Shown one piece after another: positions 42,663-52,860 of a stretch of 64,000 nt of DNA; position 1 is the stretch's first letter; the number at the start of each line of letters is the position of its first letter. This DNA comes from an uncultured delta proteobacterium (GTDB lineage Bacteria; Desulfobacterota; RBG-13-43-22), in assembly GCA_963802945.1 (NCBI GenBank), contig CAWDKY010000017.1, positions 384,001 to 448,000 on the forward strand, read 5' to 3'. A model generated the notes under the pieces. It was not told the origin of the DNA. It saw only the letters and a program-made list of their open reading frames with translations, and made no database searches. Both the position numbers and the translations under genes were made by a program.

Positions 42663-42737
42663 TGGAGCCGGCGATGGGATTTGAACCCGCGACCTGCTGA
42701 TTACGAATCAGCTGCTCTACCCCTGAGCTACGCCGGC
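42663..42737 (-). tRNA. tRNA-Thr (anticodon CGT)
   Basis: GCCGGCGTAGCTCAGGGGTAGAGCAGCTGATTCGTAATCAGCAGGTCGCGGGTTCAAATCCCATCGCCGGCTCCA folds as a cloverleaf with encoded CCA. Confidence 0.97.
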
Positions 42738-42923
42738 TCGAAAAGAATAATTCCATAGTTGACTGGAATTGTCAATAAGAGGATGGGTGGGCGTATCTTA
42801 TTATAAAAAAGATAGGAGGAAGAGACTTAGAGGAAGGGCAAGAAAAGTAGATCGTATTGAAATTGTGTCTCAGGGATGATACTATTCCTTTCATCAAGAT
42901 CAAATTCAAGAGGAGAAGAGATT

Positions 42924-44522
42924 ATGAACCTGGGGAATAGGCAGGCGCATTACGGTTTGGATCATCATGGGATAAAGAACGTAGGGAGGGTTTACTGGAA
43001 TCCGCCCACTCCGGTTCTTTATGAAGAGATCGTCCGTCGAAGGGAAGGGGTCATAGCCCATCTGGGGCCTATGGTCGTTAGAACCGGGCACTATACCGGC
43101 CGGTCTCCCAATGATAAGCGGATTGTTCGGGAAAAAACCAGTGAAAAGAAAATCTGGTGGGGTCCGGTCAATATCCCTATGGAACCGGAAAAGTTTGAAG
43201 TCCTCTATTTTCGGCTGTTGGCCTATTTTCAGGGCAGGGATGTTTTTGTCCAGGACTGCTATGCCGGTGCCGATCCCAAATATCAGGTACCGGTCCGAAT
43301 CATCACCGAAACCGCCTGGCACAATCTTTTTGCCAGGAATATGTTCGTTCAGATCGATGACCGATCGAAACTGAATCATCATGTCCCCCAATTCACCATT
43401 ATCAATGTCCCCAGATTTCATGCCATGCCTGAATTGGACGGGACCAATTCCGAGGCTTTTATCATCGTTAATTTCGGAAAAAGGTTGATTTTAATCGGCG
43501 GCACCAGCTTCGCCGGAGAGATCAAGAAATCCGTCTTTACTGTTTTGAATTATCTCTATCCTCAGGAAAAGGTTATGTCCATGCATTGTTCGGCCAATGT
43601 GGGGGAGAAAGGAGACGTGGCCATTTTTTTCGGTCTGTCCGGAACCGGAAAGACCACCCTTTCGGCTGATCCGGAACGTTTATTAATTGGGGACGATGAA
43701 CACGGCTGGAGCGATAAAGGGATCTTTGATTTTGAAGGGGGATGTTACGCCAAGGTCATCCGCCTTTCCCCGGAAGCCGAGCCTGAAATTTATGAGTGCA
43801 CCCGAAGATTCGGTACGATCCTCGAGAATGTGGCTATTGATAACGAGACCCGTCGGATCGATTTGAACGACGGCTCTTTAACGGAAAACACCCGGGCGGC
43901 TTATCCTATCAGTCATATCCCCCGGGCCATTCGCTCCGGTGTTGCCGGTCACCCTAAAAATATCATTATGCTCACTTATGATGCCTTTGGGGTTTTGCCG
44001 CCTATCGCCAAATTAACTCCGGAACAGGCCATGTATCAGTTCCTTTCCGGTTATACGGCCAAAGTGGCCGGGACCGAGAAAGGATTGGGAAAAGAGCCCC
44101 AGGCCACCTTCAGTGCCTGTTTTGGCGCCCCCTTTATGGCTCTGCCCCCAACAGTCTATGCCGGACTGCTGGGGGAACGGATCCAAAAGCATAAGGTGAA
44201 ATGCTGGCTGGTCAATACAGGTATGTCCGGCGGTCCTTTCGGGGTCGGGGAACGGATCAGGATTGCCTATACCCGGGCCATGATCCATCAGGCTTTACAA
44301 GGGAAATTGGATGATGTTCCCACGCGAACCGATCCTATTTTCAATCTTCGGATTCCACGATCCTGTCAAGGGGTGCCCAAGGCAATACTTGACCCCCGGA
44401 CCACCTGGCGTAAACCAGGGGAGTATGATGCCAAGGCAAGGGATCTGGCTGAAAGATTCAGGGAGAACTTTAAACCTTTTGCCTCCCAGGTCTCATCCAA
44501 GGTAAAGAAAGCCGGCCCTTAA
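42924..44522 (+). CDS. pckA: Phosphoenolpyruvate carboxykinase (ATP)
   Basis: TGRSP, GEIKKS, FGLSGTGKTTLS, IGDDEHGW, EGGCYAK and NTRAAYP motifs. Confidence 0.97.
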   Translation: MNLGNRQAHYGLDHHGIKNVGRVYWNPPTPVLYEEIVRRREGVIAHLGPMVVRTGHYTGRSPNDKRIVREKTSEKKIWWGPVNIPMEPEKFEVLYFRLLAYFQGRDVFVQDCYAGADPKYQVPVRIITETAWHNLFARNMFVQIDDRSKLNHHVPQFTIINVPRFHAMPELDGTNSEAFIIVNFGKRLILIGGTSFAGEIKKSVFTVLNYLYPQEKVMSMHCSANVGEKGDVAIFFGLSGTGKTTLSADPERLLIGDDEHGWSDKGIFDFEGGCYAKVIRLSPEAEPEIYECTRRFGTILENVAIDNETRRIDLNDGSLTENTRAAYPISHIPRAIRSGVAGHPKNIIMLTYDAFGVLPPIAKLTPEQAMYQFLSGYTAKVAGTEKGLGKEPQATFSACFGAPFMALPPTVYAGLLGERIQKHKVKCWLVNTGMSGGPFGVGERIRIAYTRAMIHQALQGKLDDVPTRTDPIFNLRIPRSCQGVPKAILDPRTTWRKPGEYDAKARDLAERFRENFKPFASQVSSKVKKAGP

Positions 44523-44545
44523 TTTCTCAGACCAAAGGGTGTTAA

Positions 44546-46033
44546 CTAAAATTCATAATCCCAAGGCCAGTCCGGCAGATTCTTTAGCTCAGGGTGCTCC
44601 TTCCAGCCAGGGATTCGGGCGATCCTTTTGGCAATGGCCTTATATCTTTTCCAGTCGGCACTGCCAAAAACATGCATCTTTTGGGCGGCCAGAGAGCCCT
44701 CACCGTGAATATGGGCCTGATCGACGTTATGACTGGTCAGGTCCTTGGCCAGTCGAATGGCCTTGAGTCGATCTTCGGTCGATACCCCGGCCTTGCCGGC
44801 CAGATACTTCTCGATAAAAGGTCTTTCCTTGGAATTCATCCAATCTTTGTAGGAAGGGACCGTGGCGATAAGGCCGCCGGTGATATCGGCTAAAAATTTG
44901 GAATTCTCGGCGCACTCATCGGCCTTTCTGAACTTAGCGATGTTGGTATAGACCGTATTGGGGGCGACTAACCCAATATCGGGAAACACATCGGGATGTT
45001 CACAGGCCGCCCTGGCCATGACATCCAGAATCACCGTGTCCATGGCCATCCAGGCCAGTTTCTCCTGGATATGAGGATAGCGGTCTATTCCATTATATTC
45101 GGCCATCAGGGCCGCCGTACCCAGTTTAAGCTCCCGTTCCACGGCTATGGCTGAAGCCCCGTAAAGGCGATGGAAGACGCCGAACAGCCAGGCTTGGTCC
45201 CGGGAAAACTGATATTCGCCGCACATAAACACCCTGTTCCAGGGAACAAAGACATCATCAAAGACAATCAGGCATTCACTGATCTTGGCCCCTTTTCCGC
45301 TGTCAGGCCAATTCCACTGGGCCTCTTCACCTCTTTCCGGATACTTCCCCGGTGAAGTGATCAGGGTAATCCCTTTGGCATTGACCGGGGTGGCAAAGAC
45401 CACGGCATAGTCCTTATCTTCTTCCCGATGGGCCCGGCAAGGAGAAACAATCAGCTCATTGGCATCCGGGGTGGTACTGATGTGCATCTTGGCCCCCCGA
45501 ACCCATATGCCGTCCTTCTGCCGGTCCACAATCCGGACATAGAAGTCCTTATGTTGTTCCTGAGCCGATGGGCGAAGACTCCGGTTCCCCTTGACATCGG
45601 TGATCGCTCCGGTAATGGCCGGGTCGGTCTTTTTCAGATGCTGACGATAGTCCTCTACGGCATCGGTATAGTGGGTGCCTAATTCCCTGTCCATTCTGGC
45701 CGCCACGACTCCGGTGGCCGCCAGGGCATCAGGGCCCATACCGCTCATATTGGCCCCGATTCGATGGGCGGTCATATAAATCTCCCTACGGCGCACAAGA
45801 TCTTCAGCGGTTTTGGGCTGGGTCCAAACGAACATCCTTCTCTCCCCGTCCTCTTCCACGGTGAAGAGGTCCCGCCACTCCGGGTCATTGGCCAGGACAT
45901 AACTCAAGGCCCTGCGGGCAATGGCCCCCTTCATGGCCGGATGTTTGGTTATGTCGGGGATTTGCTCGCCATCGAGAAAAATCACCCTTCCATCATTCAA
46001 ACTTTTAACATACTGCTCCGGTGTTCTAATCAT
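44546..46033 (-). CDS. 4-hydroxybutyryl-CoA dehydratase / HpaB-family flavoprotein (copy 1)
   Basis: TDVKGNRS, GAKMHIS, DYAVVFA, FDDVFVPWNRVF, FHR and HGEGS motifs. Confidence 0.85.
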   Translation of the reverse strand: MIRTPEQYVKSLNDGRVIFLDGEQIPDITKHPAMKGAIARRALSYVLANDPEWRDLFTVEEDGERRMFVWTQPKTAEDLVRRREIYMTAHRIGANMSGMGPDALAATGVVAARMDRELGTHYTDAVEDYRQHLKKTDPAITGAITDVKGNRSLRPSAQEQHKDFYVRIVDRQKDGIWVRGAKMHISTTPDANELIVSPCRAHREEDKDYAVVFATPVNAKGITLITSPGKYPERGEEAQWNWPDSGKGAKISECLIVFDDVFVPWNRVFMCGEYQFSRDQAWLFGVFHRLYGASAIAVERELKLGTAALMAEYNGIDRYPHIQEKLAWMAMDTVILDVMARAACEHPDVFPDIGLVAPNTVYTNIAKFRKADECAENSKFLADITGGLIATVPSYKDWMNSKERPFIEKYLAGKAGVSTEDRLKAIRLAKDLTSHNVDQAHIHGEGSLAAQKMHVFGSADWKRYKAIAKRIARIPGWKEHPELKNLPDWPWDYEF

Positions 46034-46483
46034 AAAAGCCTCCTTTAAATTTAAAGGTAAACATGATCCCCATGAACTTCAAAAGTTTAAAATGTCCTTC
46101 TGCGGTCTAGGGATAGTCTCCCAAGGTTTTAATATTTATTCGACTTTGTTGAGGTTCGATAGGACCCTCGACACTATTATTTATCCTGATCATCCTATTC
46201 CCTTCCCTGCAGTATTTCGATTTGCCATATATTTCCTCCAATTCTTTTATAAGAATTTGATAAGAACTTATTTATTGACGAGAGGAGTATAAAATAAGGA
46301 AAATACACGGTCAAGGAGAAAAAAAGAATAGAAGGCAAGGGGAGAAAAGGAGCCTTTTGAAGAGAATGGGACTTTACAGGCTTAGACTTTGCAACCTGTT
46401 TTAGATTTGGTGTTTTAATCCTCATCATTCCCTGGTATAAGACTCAAAACGGATTTAAAACAAAAAAAGGAGGTTTGAGTAAA

Positions 46484-47266
46484 ATGAAAGTTGCCGATAA
46501 AGTCGTTGTTGTTACGGGCGGGGCCAGCGGCATCGGCAGGGCTTTTTGCCGACGGTTTGCTCAGGAAGGCGCCAAAGGCGTCACTGTGGCTGATATTAAC
46601 GAAAAGGGAGCTATGGCCGTTGCCGATGAAATCAAGGGATTGGCGCTGAAATGTGATGTCAGCAATGAAGATGATATTATAAACGTGGTAAAGCGAACCG
46701 AAGAAAAATACGGTCCTGTTGATCTGTTTTGCTCCAATGCCGGAATATCGGTTAGAGGAGGCCTTGAGCTTCCCAATGATATCTGGCAAAAGATGTGGGA
46801 AGTCCATGTAATGGCCCATGTCTACGCAGCGAGGGCAGTTATTCCCGGAATGATTGAACGGGGCGGCGGCTATCTTCTTAATACGGCCTCTGCCGCGGGC
46901 CTGCTGAATACTATCGCAACCCCTTGCTATGCTGCAACCAAACACGCGGCCGTGGGTTTGGCCGAAAATATCGCCATCATGTACGGCGATCAGGGGATTA
47001 AAGTTTCAGTGGTTTGTCCACAGGCCGTTCGCTCCGGGATGACTCGGGAAGCGGAGAGTGTAGCGGCTGTCGACGGCAGGTTAGAACCGGAAGCGGTCGC
47101 CGATTTGGTGATTGAAGCCTTGGCTGATGAAAGATTTCTGATTCTGCCCCATCCTGAGGTCAAGACCTATTTGGAGCGAAAGACCTCCGACTATGACCGA
47201 TGGCTTACCGGTATGCGCCGACTCCGGTCTCGATACCTCCAAGGAGAGTCTTTAAAGTCCAAATGA
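46484..47266 (+). CDS. SDR family oxidoreductase
   Basis: TGGASGIG, SNAG and YAATK motifs. Confidence 0.93.
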   Translation: MKVADKVVVVTGGASGIGRAFCRRFAQEGAKGVTVADINEKGAMAVADEIKGLALKCDVSNEDDIINVVKRTEEKYGPVDLFCSNAGISVRGGLELPNDIWQKMWEVHVMAHVYAARAVIPGMIERGGGYLLNTASAAGLLNTIATPCYAATKHAAVGLAENIAIMYGDQGIKVSVVCPQAVRSGMTREAESVAAVDGRLEPEAVADLVIEALADERFLILPHPEVKTYLERKTSDYDRWLTGMRRLRSRYLQGESLKSK

Positions 47267-47351
47267 TCCATTAGGATAGGCGCCGGCCCTCCCTTATAAA
47301 GTCCAATGAAAACAGGTAGACAATAAACTTAGAAAAAAGAAAGGAGCACCC

Positions 47352-48155
47352 ATGGAATACAAAACCGTTATTGTAAGTAAGAAGGAGCATATTGCCACCA
47401 TTACTTTGAATCGTCCGGAGAAATTGAATGCTTTGAATCCTCAACTGGTACAAGACTTTCGTAAAGCCGTCATCGAAGTGGATGATGACGATGACGTAAG
47501 AGCCATCATTATTACCGGAGCCGGTCGGGCTTTCAGCGCCGGGATGGACTACAAAGAAGATTTTCAAGCTGGGATCGATAAGAGAAAAGAAAAAGGTGTT
47601 GACCCATCAAGGAGGTTTTTAGGAATAGGGAAAGGTTTGTATCCTCTGGAGAAGGTGAGGGCGCCGGTGATCGTAGCCTTGAATGGTTATGCCATGGGCG
47701 CCGGATTTACCGCAATCGCTTTACGAGGTGATATCAGGATTGCTTCGGAAGAAGTTAAAATACAGCTTACATTTTCGCGAATCGGGTTGATGATAGAAGC
47801 CGGATCAACTTATCTATTGCCCCGCTTAATAGGTATGGGAAAGGCTTGCGAATTAGCCTTTACTGCCAGAACAATTGATGCCAAAGAGGCCTTAGAACTG
47901 CGCCTGGTAGATAAAGTAGTCCCGGCCGACGAATTGATGAAAACAACCTGGGAAATGGCCAAGGCGATTGCCTTGGTATCACCCATGTCAAATCGACTTG
48001 CCAAGCGAGCGCTATATCTGGGACTGAAAAGTGATATGGACACCGCCGAACACTTCGAAGAAATCGGACAAAGCTTTCTCGGATCTACTGCAGACTATGA
48101 AGAAGCGGTCAAGGCCTTTCTGGAAAAGAGGCCGCCCGAATTTAAGAACAGATAA
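47352..48155 (+). CDS. Enoyl-CoA hydratase/isomerase family protein
   Basis: LNRPEKLNA, AFSAGMD, NGYAMGAG and AFLEKRPP motifs. Confidence 0.93.
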   Translation: MEYKTVIVSKKEHIATITLNRPEKLNALNPQLVQDFRKAVIEVDDDDDVRAIIITGAGRAFSAGMDYKEDFQAGIDKRKEKGVDPSRRFLGIGKGLYPLEKVRAPVIVALNGYAMGAGFTAIALRGDIRIASEEVKIQLTFSRIGLMIEAGSTYLLPRLIGMGKACELAFTARTIDAKEALELRLVDKVVPADELMKTTWEMAKAIALVSPMSNRLAKRALYLGLKSDMDTAEHFEEIGQSFLGSTADYEEAVKAFLEKRPPEFKNR

Positions 48156-48344
48156 TAAACAGGTTCGGAAACCGGTTTACAGAAGCGTCCGCCACAGGTG
48201 CGGTAATTCTTGGAACAGATTGGGCGGGCTTACTGCGAAAATCATTCGAGTCGAGTAGGCCGGTTTCTCCCCATACGGTAAACTAAAATTGGTCCTTGTT
48301 AGCCGGTTAGTTTCCCCGACGGCGGCACAATCAGTCAGCCAATA

Positions 48345-48731
48345 TCATTTTTTCTCGGCGAGTTGAACCAACACACCATGGGCGGATTTGGGGTGCACAA
48401 AAACCTGAGGGCTGCCTACACCAATGAGTTGTACACCGGCATCCTGCATGGTTTTTACCGTTGCCGCCAGGTCATCGACCGCCAGAGAGATGGTGTGAAC
48501 TCCTTCTCCACTTCTTTCGATCGCTTTACCCACGGCTGAATTAGGACCAAAAGGGGCCACGACTTCTAAAAACCCCCCATTAGGGAAGGGGAAAAAGGCC
48601 TGCTTGATACCCAAAGCTTCGGACTCCGAGGTGCGCTCCAGTTTCATTCCCAATTTATCCCTAAAGGTGCTTATGCCTTCCTCAATATTTTTCACACGCA
48701 CAACCATATGATCTATTCCTTTAATCGCCAT
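48345..48731 (-). CDS. VOC family protein (methylmalonyl-CoA epimerase-like)
   Basis: IDHMVV, LEVVAP, GEGVHTI and FVHPKSAHGVLVQL motifs; RBS AAAGGAG before ATG 48731. Confidence 0.85.
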   Translation of the reverse strand: MAIKGIDHMVVRVKNIEEGISTFRDKLGMKLERTSESEALGIKQAFFPFPNGGFLEVVAPFGPNSAVGKAIERSGEGVHTISLAVDDLAATVKTMQDAGVQLIGVGSPQVFVHPKSAHGVLVQLAEKK

Positions 48732-49063
48732 TTTTTCTCCTTTCTCAATAAAATTAAGTATGAACAGTTTTATCTCGGGTAATAATCGATTGCCAATTCC
48801 TTTCTTCTCCGCTTGGGGAGATGCCTTAGATTGGCTGGCGGCCCTGACCTCTCCTCTACCCAACCAGAAGAAACCAATGATCCGATACCATGGCCCTATA
48901 ATACCGTTTCTCGGGAGATTCGTCAAAAAGAAAATCAACTTGACCATATCCTTTTCCTTGTTTTATACTCTTCCATCAAAAAGGAAATACCCGAGAAGAA
49001 AGTTATTAAGAAATTTCATAAAATGACTCAGGGAATGAATATCTAATTATTATGAGAGAATGA

Positions 49064-50002
49064 TTGATGGGAATTTTTCACTGTCCTTTTGGCTGCCCTT
49101 ATTACGAAGATGAAGGGTGTATAGATTGTGGCCTGTGCCTGGCCACTACCAGCGAAGAGATGGTTGAGGCTTCAAAGAAAATTCGAGCCTATCTAAAGGC
49201 CCATGCCCAGCAGGGAAGGCCAATACAAAAGATCGCTGTTTGCGGCAAAGGCGGGGTGGGTAAAAGCACCGTTGTGACCCTAATGGCCAAGGCCCTGGTC
49301 GGCCTGAATTATAACGTGCTGGTCTTGGATACGGATGAATCCAATCCGGGCCTATACCGGTCCCTGGGTTTTGATAAAACACCTAAACCTCTCTACTCCT
49401 TGATGAGCCGTTTCTCCTATAAGGGACAGCCGGAAGAGGATACCCAGTGGATCATGCTGCCTGAAATAAAAATAACGGATATTCCGCCGACCTATATCCC
49501 TGCACAAAACGGTTTAAAGTTTCTGATGGTGGGCAAGATTGAAGACCCTTTTCAGGGCTGTGCCTGCTCCCTGGCTGATGTCACCAGGGGATTTGTTTCC
49601 AGGTTATCCCTGATGGAAAATGAAATCATCCTGATTGATATGGAAGCCGGGGTCGAGAGCTTCGGCCGGGGTGTGGAAAGAAGTGTCGATCTGGTCTTAT
49701 CCATCGTTGAGCCCTCTTTTGAATCCATGGCCCTGGCGGAAAAAATTGTCTATATGGCCGAGGGCATGGGAATAAACCGAGCAGGTGCCCTGCTGAACAA
49801 AGTTCCCTCTGAAGCTATCAAAGAAAAAATGATCAAGGAACTTGAAAAAAGAAATGTTCAGACCCTGGGAACCATTCATTTTGACCAAAAGGTGCAGGAG
49901 GCGGGATTTGAAGGGAGGCCGCCGACTCATTCCAAAGCCGATGAGGAGGTTGAAAAAATAACACAAGTATTAATCAACGTTGTCCAACAAACAACTAATT
50001 AG
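49064..50002 (+). CDS. CooC/AcsF-like P-loop ATPase with extra Cys-rich N-terminus
   Basis: GKGGVGKST, GCAC and DMEAG motifs; N-terminal HCPFGCPYYEDEGCIDCGLC. Confidence 0.85.
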   Translation: MMGIFHCPFGCPYYEDEGCIDCGLCLATTSEEMVEASKKIRAYLKAHAQQGRPIQKIAVCGKGGVGKSTVVTLMAKALVGLNYNVLVLDTDESNPGLYRSLGFDKTPKPLYSLMSRFSYKGQPEEDTQWIMLPEIKITDIPPTYIPAQNGLKFLMVGKIEDPFQGCACSLADVTRGFVSRLSLMENEIILIDMEAGVESFGRGVERSVDLVLSIVEPSFESMALAEKIVYMAEGMGINRAGALLNKVPSEAIKEKMIKELEKRNVQTLGTIHFDQKVQEAGFEGRPPTHSKADEEVEKITQVLINVVQQTTN

Positions 50003-50069
50003 TTTCCATCCGGAAATCTTATTTTCGGATGGAAACTATTTCATCTCAATTGAAGGAGGGACCGAGAAC

Positions 50070-51155
50070 ATGACGGTTGAAGATTCCTATCAAATTTTAA
50101 TGAACAATTTAAAGTATCCCGCTTCCAATCGCCTGCGGGCCTTATTGGAATATTTATTAACCCCTGAACAGGCCCAAATGGCCGCTGCCCTTCCTGGAAC
50201 AGCGGCTGAAGTGGCGGAGAAAACAGGATTTGATCTGGAGGTGGTCAAGAAAGAACTGGATGCCCTTTTCTATGCCGGGGTCATTTTTCCCAAGGGCGAT
50301 TTTAATGACCGGCAATATTACCGCTTCGCCCGTTCCGTCGGGCAACTTCATGATGCCAGCCAGGCGCCTAAAGGGATCGATGTGGTCAAGGACCGCGAAT
50401 ATTTCCGGTTATGGCACGATTTCGTCATGAATGAATGGTATCCGGACCGGGGAAGGGCCTTTGCCGAGTCCCCGCAGCCTTTTGCCCGGATCATCCCGGC
50501 TTATAAGGCCATTAAAGACCTGCCGGACGTTCTACCCTGTGAAGATGTCCGCGAAATCTTTAAAGCCCAGAGACGCATCGCGGTCGTGCCCTGCTCCTGC
50601 AGGTATCGCACTACCTCTGTGGGCGAACACTGCGCCCATACGGCCGAAGAGGATGTCTGGCACTGTCTCCAATTCAACCGCGGGGCCGACTATGCCATGG
50701 CCAGAGAAGCCGGAAAAGAATTGAGTCTGGATGAAGCCTTAGCGCTTCTGGATAAAGTGGAAGAAGACGGACTCCTTCATACCTGGCAGAACAATGCCGC
50801 GCTGACCGGTATGGCGGTCGCTTGTCAGTGCTGCCGGGATTGCTGCATGAACGCGGTTCCCATGGATATCATCAAAGAACCCTTGGATAAGATGTGGGCC
50901 AAAAGCCGCTTCATAGCCACCGTGGATGAAAAGGCCTGTATCGGCTGCCAGACCTGTGTGGATCGATGCCAGTTCGACGCCATTGAAATGGTTAAAGCGG
51001 AAGGGGTTACCAAATCAAAAAAACTAAAAGCCAAAGTTGATCCCGAAGCCTGCTTCGGGTGCGGGGTTTGTGTGGTGGGCTGCGATAAAGCCCAGGCCTT
51101 GTCCATGAAGCTGGTTCGGCCACCGGACCATATTCCGCCAGTCAAGGAAGCTTAA
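50070..51155 (+). CDS. Cys-rich 4Fe-4S dicluster domain protein
   Basis: CSCR and CQCCRDCC; C-terminal CIGCQTCVDRCQ and CFGCGVCVVGC ferredoxin motifs. Confidence 0.85.
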   Translation: MTVEDSYQILMNNLKYPASNRLRALLEYLLTPEQAQMAAALPGTAAEVAEKTGFDLEVVKKELDALFYAGVIFPKGDFNDRQYYRFARSVGQLHDASQAPKGIDVVKDREYFRLWHDFVMNEWYPDRGRAFAESPQPFARIIPAYKAIKDLPDVLPCEDVREIFKAQRRIAVVPCSCRYRTTSVGEHCAHTAEEDVWHCLQFNRGADYAMAREAGKELSLDEALALLDKVEEDGLLHTWQNNAALTGMAVACQCCRDCCMNAVPMDIIKEPLDKMWAKSRFIATVDEKACIGCQTCVDRCQFDAIEMVKAEGVTKSKKLKAKVDPEACFGCGVCVVGCDKAQALSMKLVRPPDHIPPVKEA

Positions 51156-51157
51156 GA

Positions 51158-51250
51158 AAGGTATAAGGTACAAGGTGTAAGGTTTAAAGAAAATCGTACA
51201 CCTTGTACCTGTTGTCTTTTGAGCTACTAAATCCTTGAATCCTCGAACCC
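51158..51250. repeat. Heptamer and octamer tandem arrays
   Basis: AAGGTAT AAGGTAC AAGGTGT AAGGTTT ... ACACCTT GTACCTG; ATCCTTGA ATCCTCGA. Confidence 0.75.
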
Positions 51251-51260
51251 TGTTTTCGTA

Positions 51261-51320
51261 CTAAAAGTCGTAATCCCAGGGCCAGTCCGGGCGATTCTTT
51301 GACCGATGATGTCCCTCATG
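51261..51320 (-). pseudogene. Relic 3' end of a third AbfD/HpaB-like gene
   Basis: Translates ...KNRPDWPWDYDF*, versus KNLPDWPWDYEF* at the end of 44546-46033. Confidence 0.75.
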
Positions 51321-51330
51321 CGGTCTTTTT

Positions 51331-52599
51331 CTATTCCAGTGTTTCATGCACCTTCCACATGTCTTCGTCTGTGAAACAACGCTCGCTCTCATCCGGGTGC
51401 ATGGCATCTTGTTCAAGTCTGCGCCGGTCGTATGAGGCGTTCAACACCTCGTCATAGTATTCGTGTTGAATGAGCAGGTTCATGATCTGGCTGGTGCCGG
51501 TCCAGATCATGGACAATCGAGTGTCCCTTAAAGCCCGTTCAATAGGATAGACATCCGTATAACCTATGCCGCCCATGATCTGCATGGCGTTATTGACCAC
51601 CTGCCAAGCCGCTTCGGTCGCAAACCGCTTGGCTTCGCTGACTAAGCGGCGTACATTAGGGCTGTTCTCATCTGCCGCCCTGGCGGCAAAATAGGACAGG
51701 GCCCGGGCCGCATCCAGTTGGGTGATCGAGTCGGCCACTAAAAAGTTGATGGCCTGAAACCGTCGTATCTCCTGGCCAAAGGCCTTGCGCCGATTGGAGT
51801 ATCTCAAGGCCAGGTCTAATGCCCCCCACACGCCCAGGCAACCGGCCGCCGAGGTCAAACGCTCGGGGATCATCATCTGATTAAAACACAAGGCACCGCC
51901 ATGGAGTTCTCCGACCAGGTTCTCTTTGGGAACACGGACATTGCGAAACACCAGCCGGCCGGTCCCACCGCCTTTGCATCCCAAGAGACCATAGAGATAT
52001 TCGGTCTTAACCCCAGGCCCTTTTTCGATGATCATCAGGCTGATTCTGGAGTAGCGATTAGCACCGGGTTCGAAATTGGTCCGGCAATAGACCAGAAAAA
52101 AATCGGCACCTTCCGCCCCGACCACAAAACGTTTCTGTCCATTGACAATAAAATGATCTCCTTCAAGATCAGCTCTGGTGGTGGCCCCAAAAAAGTCAGA
52201 ACCGCCTCTGGGTTCGGTCAGGGCCTCGGCCGCGATGAGTTTCCCTTCGAGATAGGGTTTGAGGTATTTTTCTTTCAGCTTTTCCGTGCCGAAACGATTC
52301 AGGGCTTCGCCCACAATGGACGGCATCACAAAGGCACAACCCAGGGCCATGCCCAGGCAGCCGATTTCCTCGGTAGCCGCTATTTCCGCCACCCAGCTCA
52401 TTTCCCGGCCGCCGTATATTTTGGGGAACCGTAGGCCGCGAAGATTGAGGGCGGCCAGCTTTTCCACAAATTCTCTCGGATAGGTAATCTCGTCCTTGTC
52501 CATCTTTCTGAGAAAATCGCTGGTGATCTCTTCACGAACGAACCTCTTAACTTCGTCTCTTAATGCCCTTTCTTCAGACGTCAGTAAAAAATCGTACAT
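51331..52599 (-). CDS. Acyl-CoA dehydrogenase family protein
   Basis: LTEPRGGSD, NGQKRF, RKAFGQ, QIMGGIGY and IWTGTSQI motifs. Confidence 0.93.
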   Translation of the reverse strand: MYDFLLTSEERALRDEVKRFVREEITSDFLRKMDKDEITYPREFVEKLAALNLRGLRFPKIYGGREMSWVAEIAATEEIGCLGMALGCAFVMPSIVGEALNRFGTEKLKEKYLKPYLEGKLIAAEALTEPRGGSDFFGATTRADLEGDHFIVNGQKRFVVGAEGADFFLVYCRTNFEPGANRYSRISLMIIEKGPGVKTEYLYGLLGCKGGGTGRLVFRNVRVPKENLVGELHGGALCFNQMMIPERLTSAAGCLGVWGALDLALRYSNRRKAFGQEIRRFQAINFLVADSITQLDAARALSYFAARAADENSPNVRRLVSEAKRFATEAAWQVVNNAMQIMGGIGYTDVYPIERALRDTRLSMIWTGTSQIMNLLIQHEYYDEVLNASYDRRRLEQDAMHPDESERCFTDEDMWKVHETLE

Positions 52600-52860
52600 A
52601 ACAGCCTCCTTTGGCCAATACGAAAACAATGGCGATGGTTCTATTTTTCTTTCTTTTTGTCAATAATTAAACCGTCCCCATTTCTATTTCTTCTATTCCC
52701 CAAACATCGGACATTTTCTTTTCAACGGTCTGGCTCTTATCAGGTCTTTATCAATAAAGTAATAAAAGGGCCAAGAGAAGACTTGACCCCTTTACTATAC
52801 ACAGGATGTCCTTCTTTTCTCAAGAATATGTACAATTAAGATGAGACTCCACTATCGCAG

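Larger units (their letters stand above)
35362..42708. mobile_element. Decayed genomic island integrated at the 3' end of tRNA-Thr(CGT)
   Basis: Bounded by the 46-bp tRNA repeat; AT-rich cargo, IS elements, pseudogenes; no integrase gene. Confidence 0.85.

Noticed and set aside
48732-48947. 72-aa N-terminal extension of the VOC protein in the ORF track
   Set aside because: A good RBS precedes ATG 48731 and the extension spans a predicted promoter
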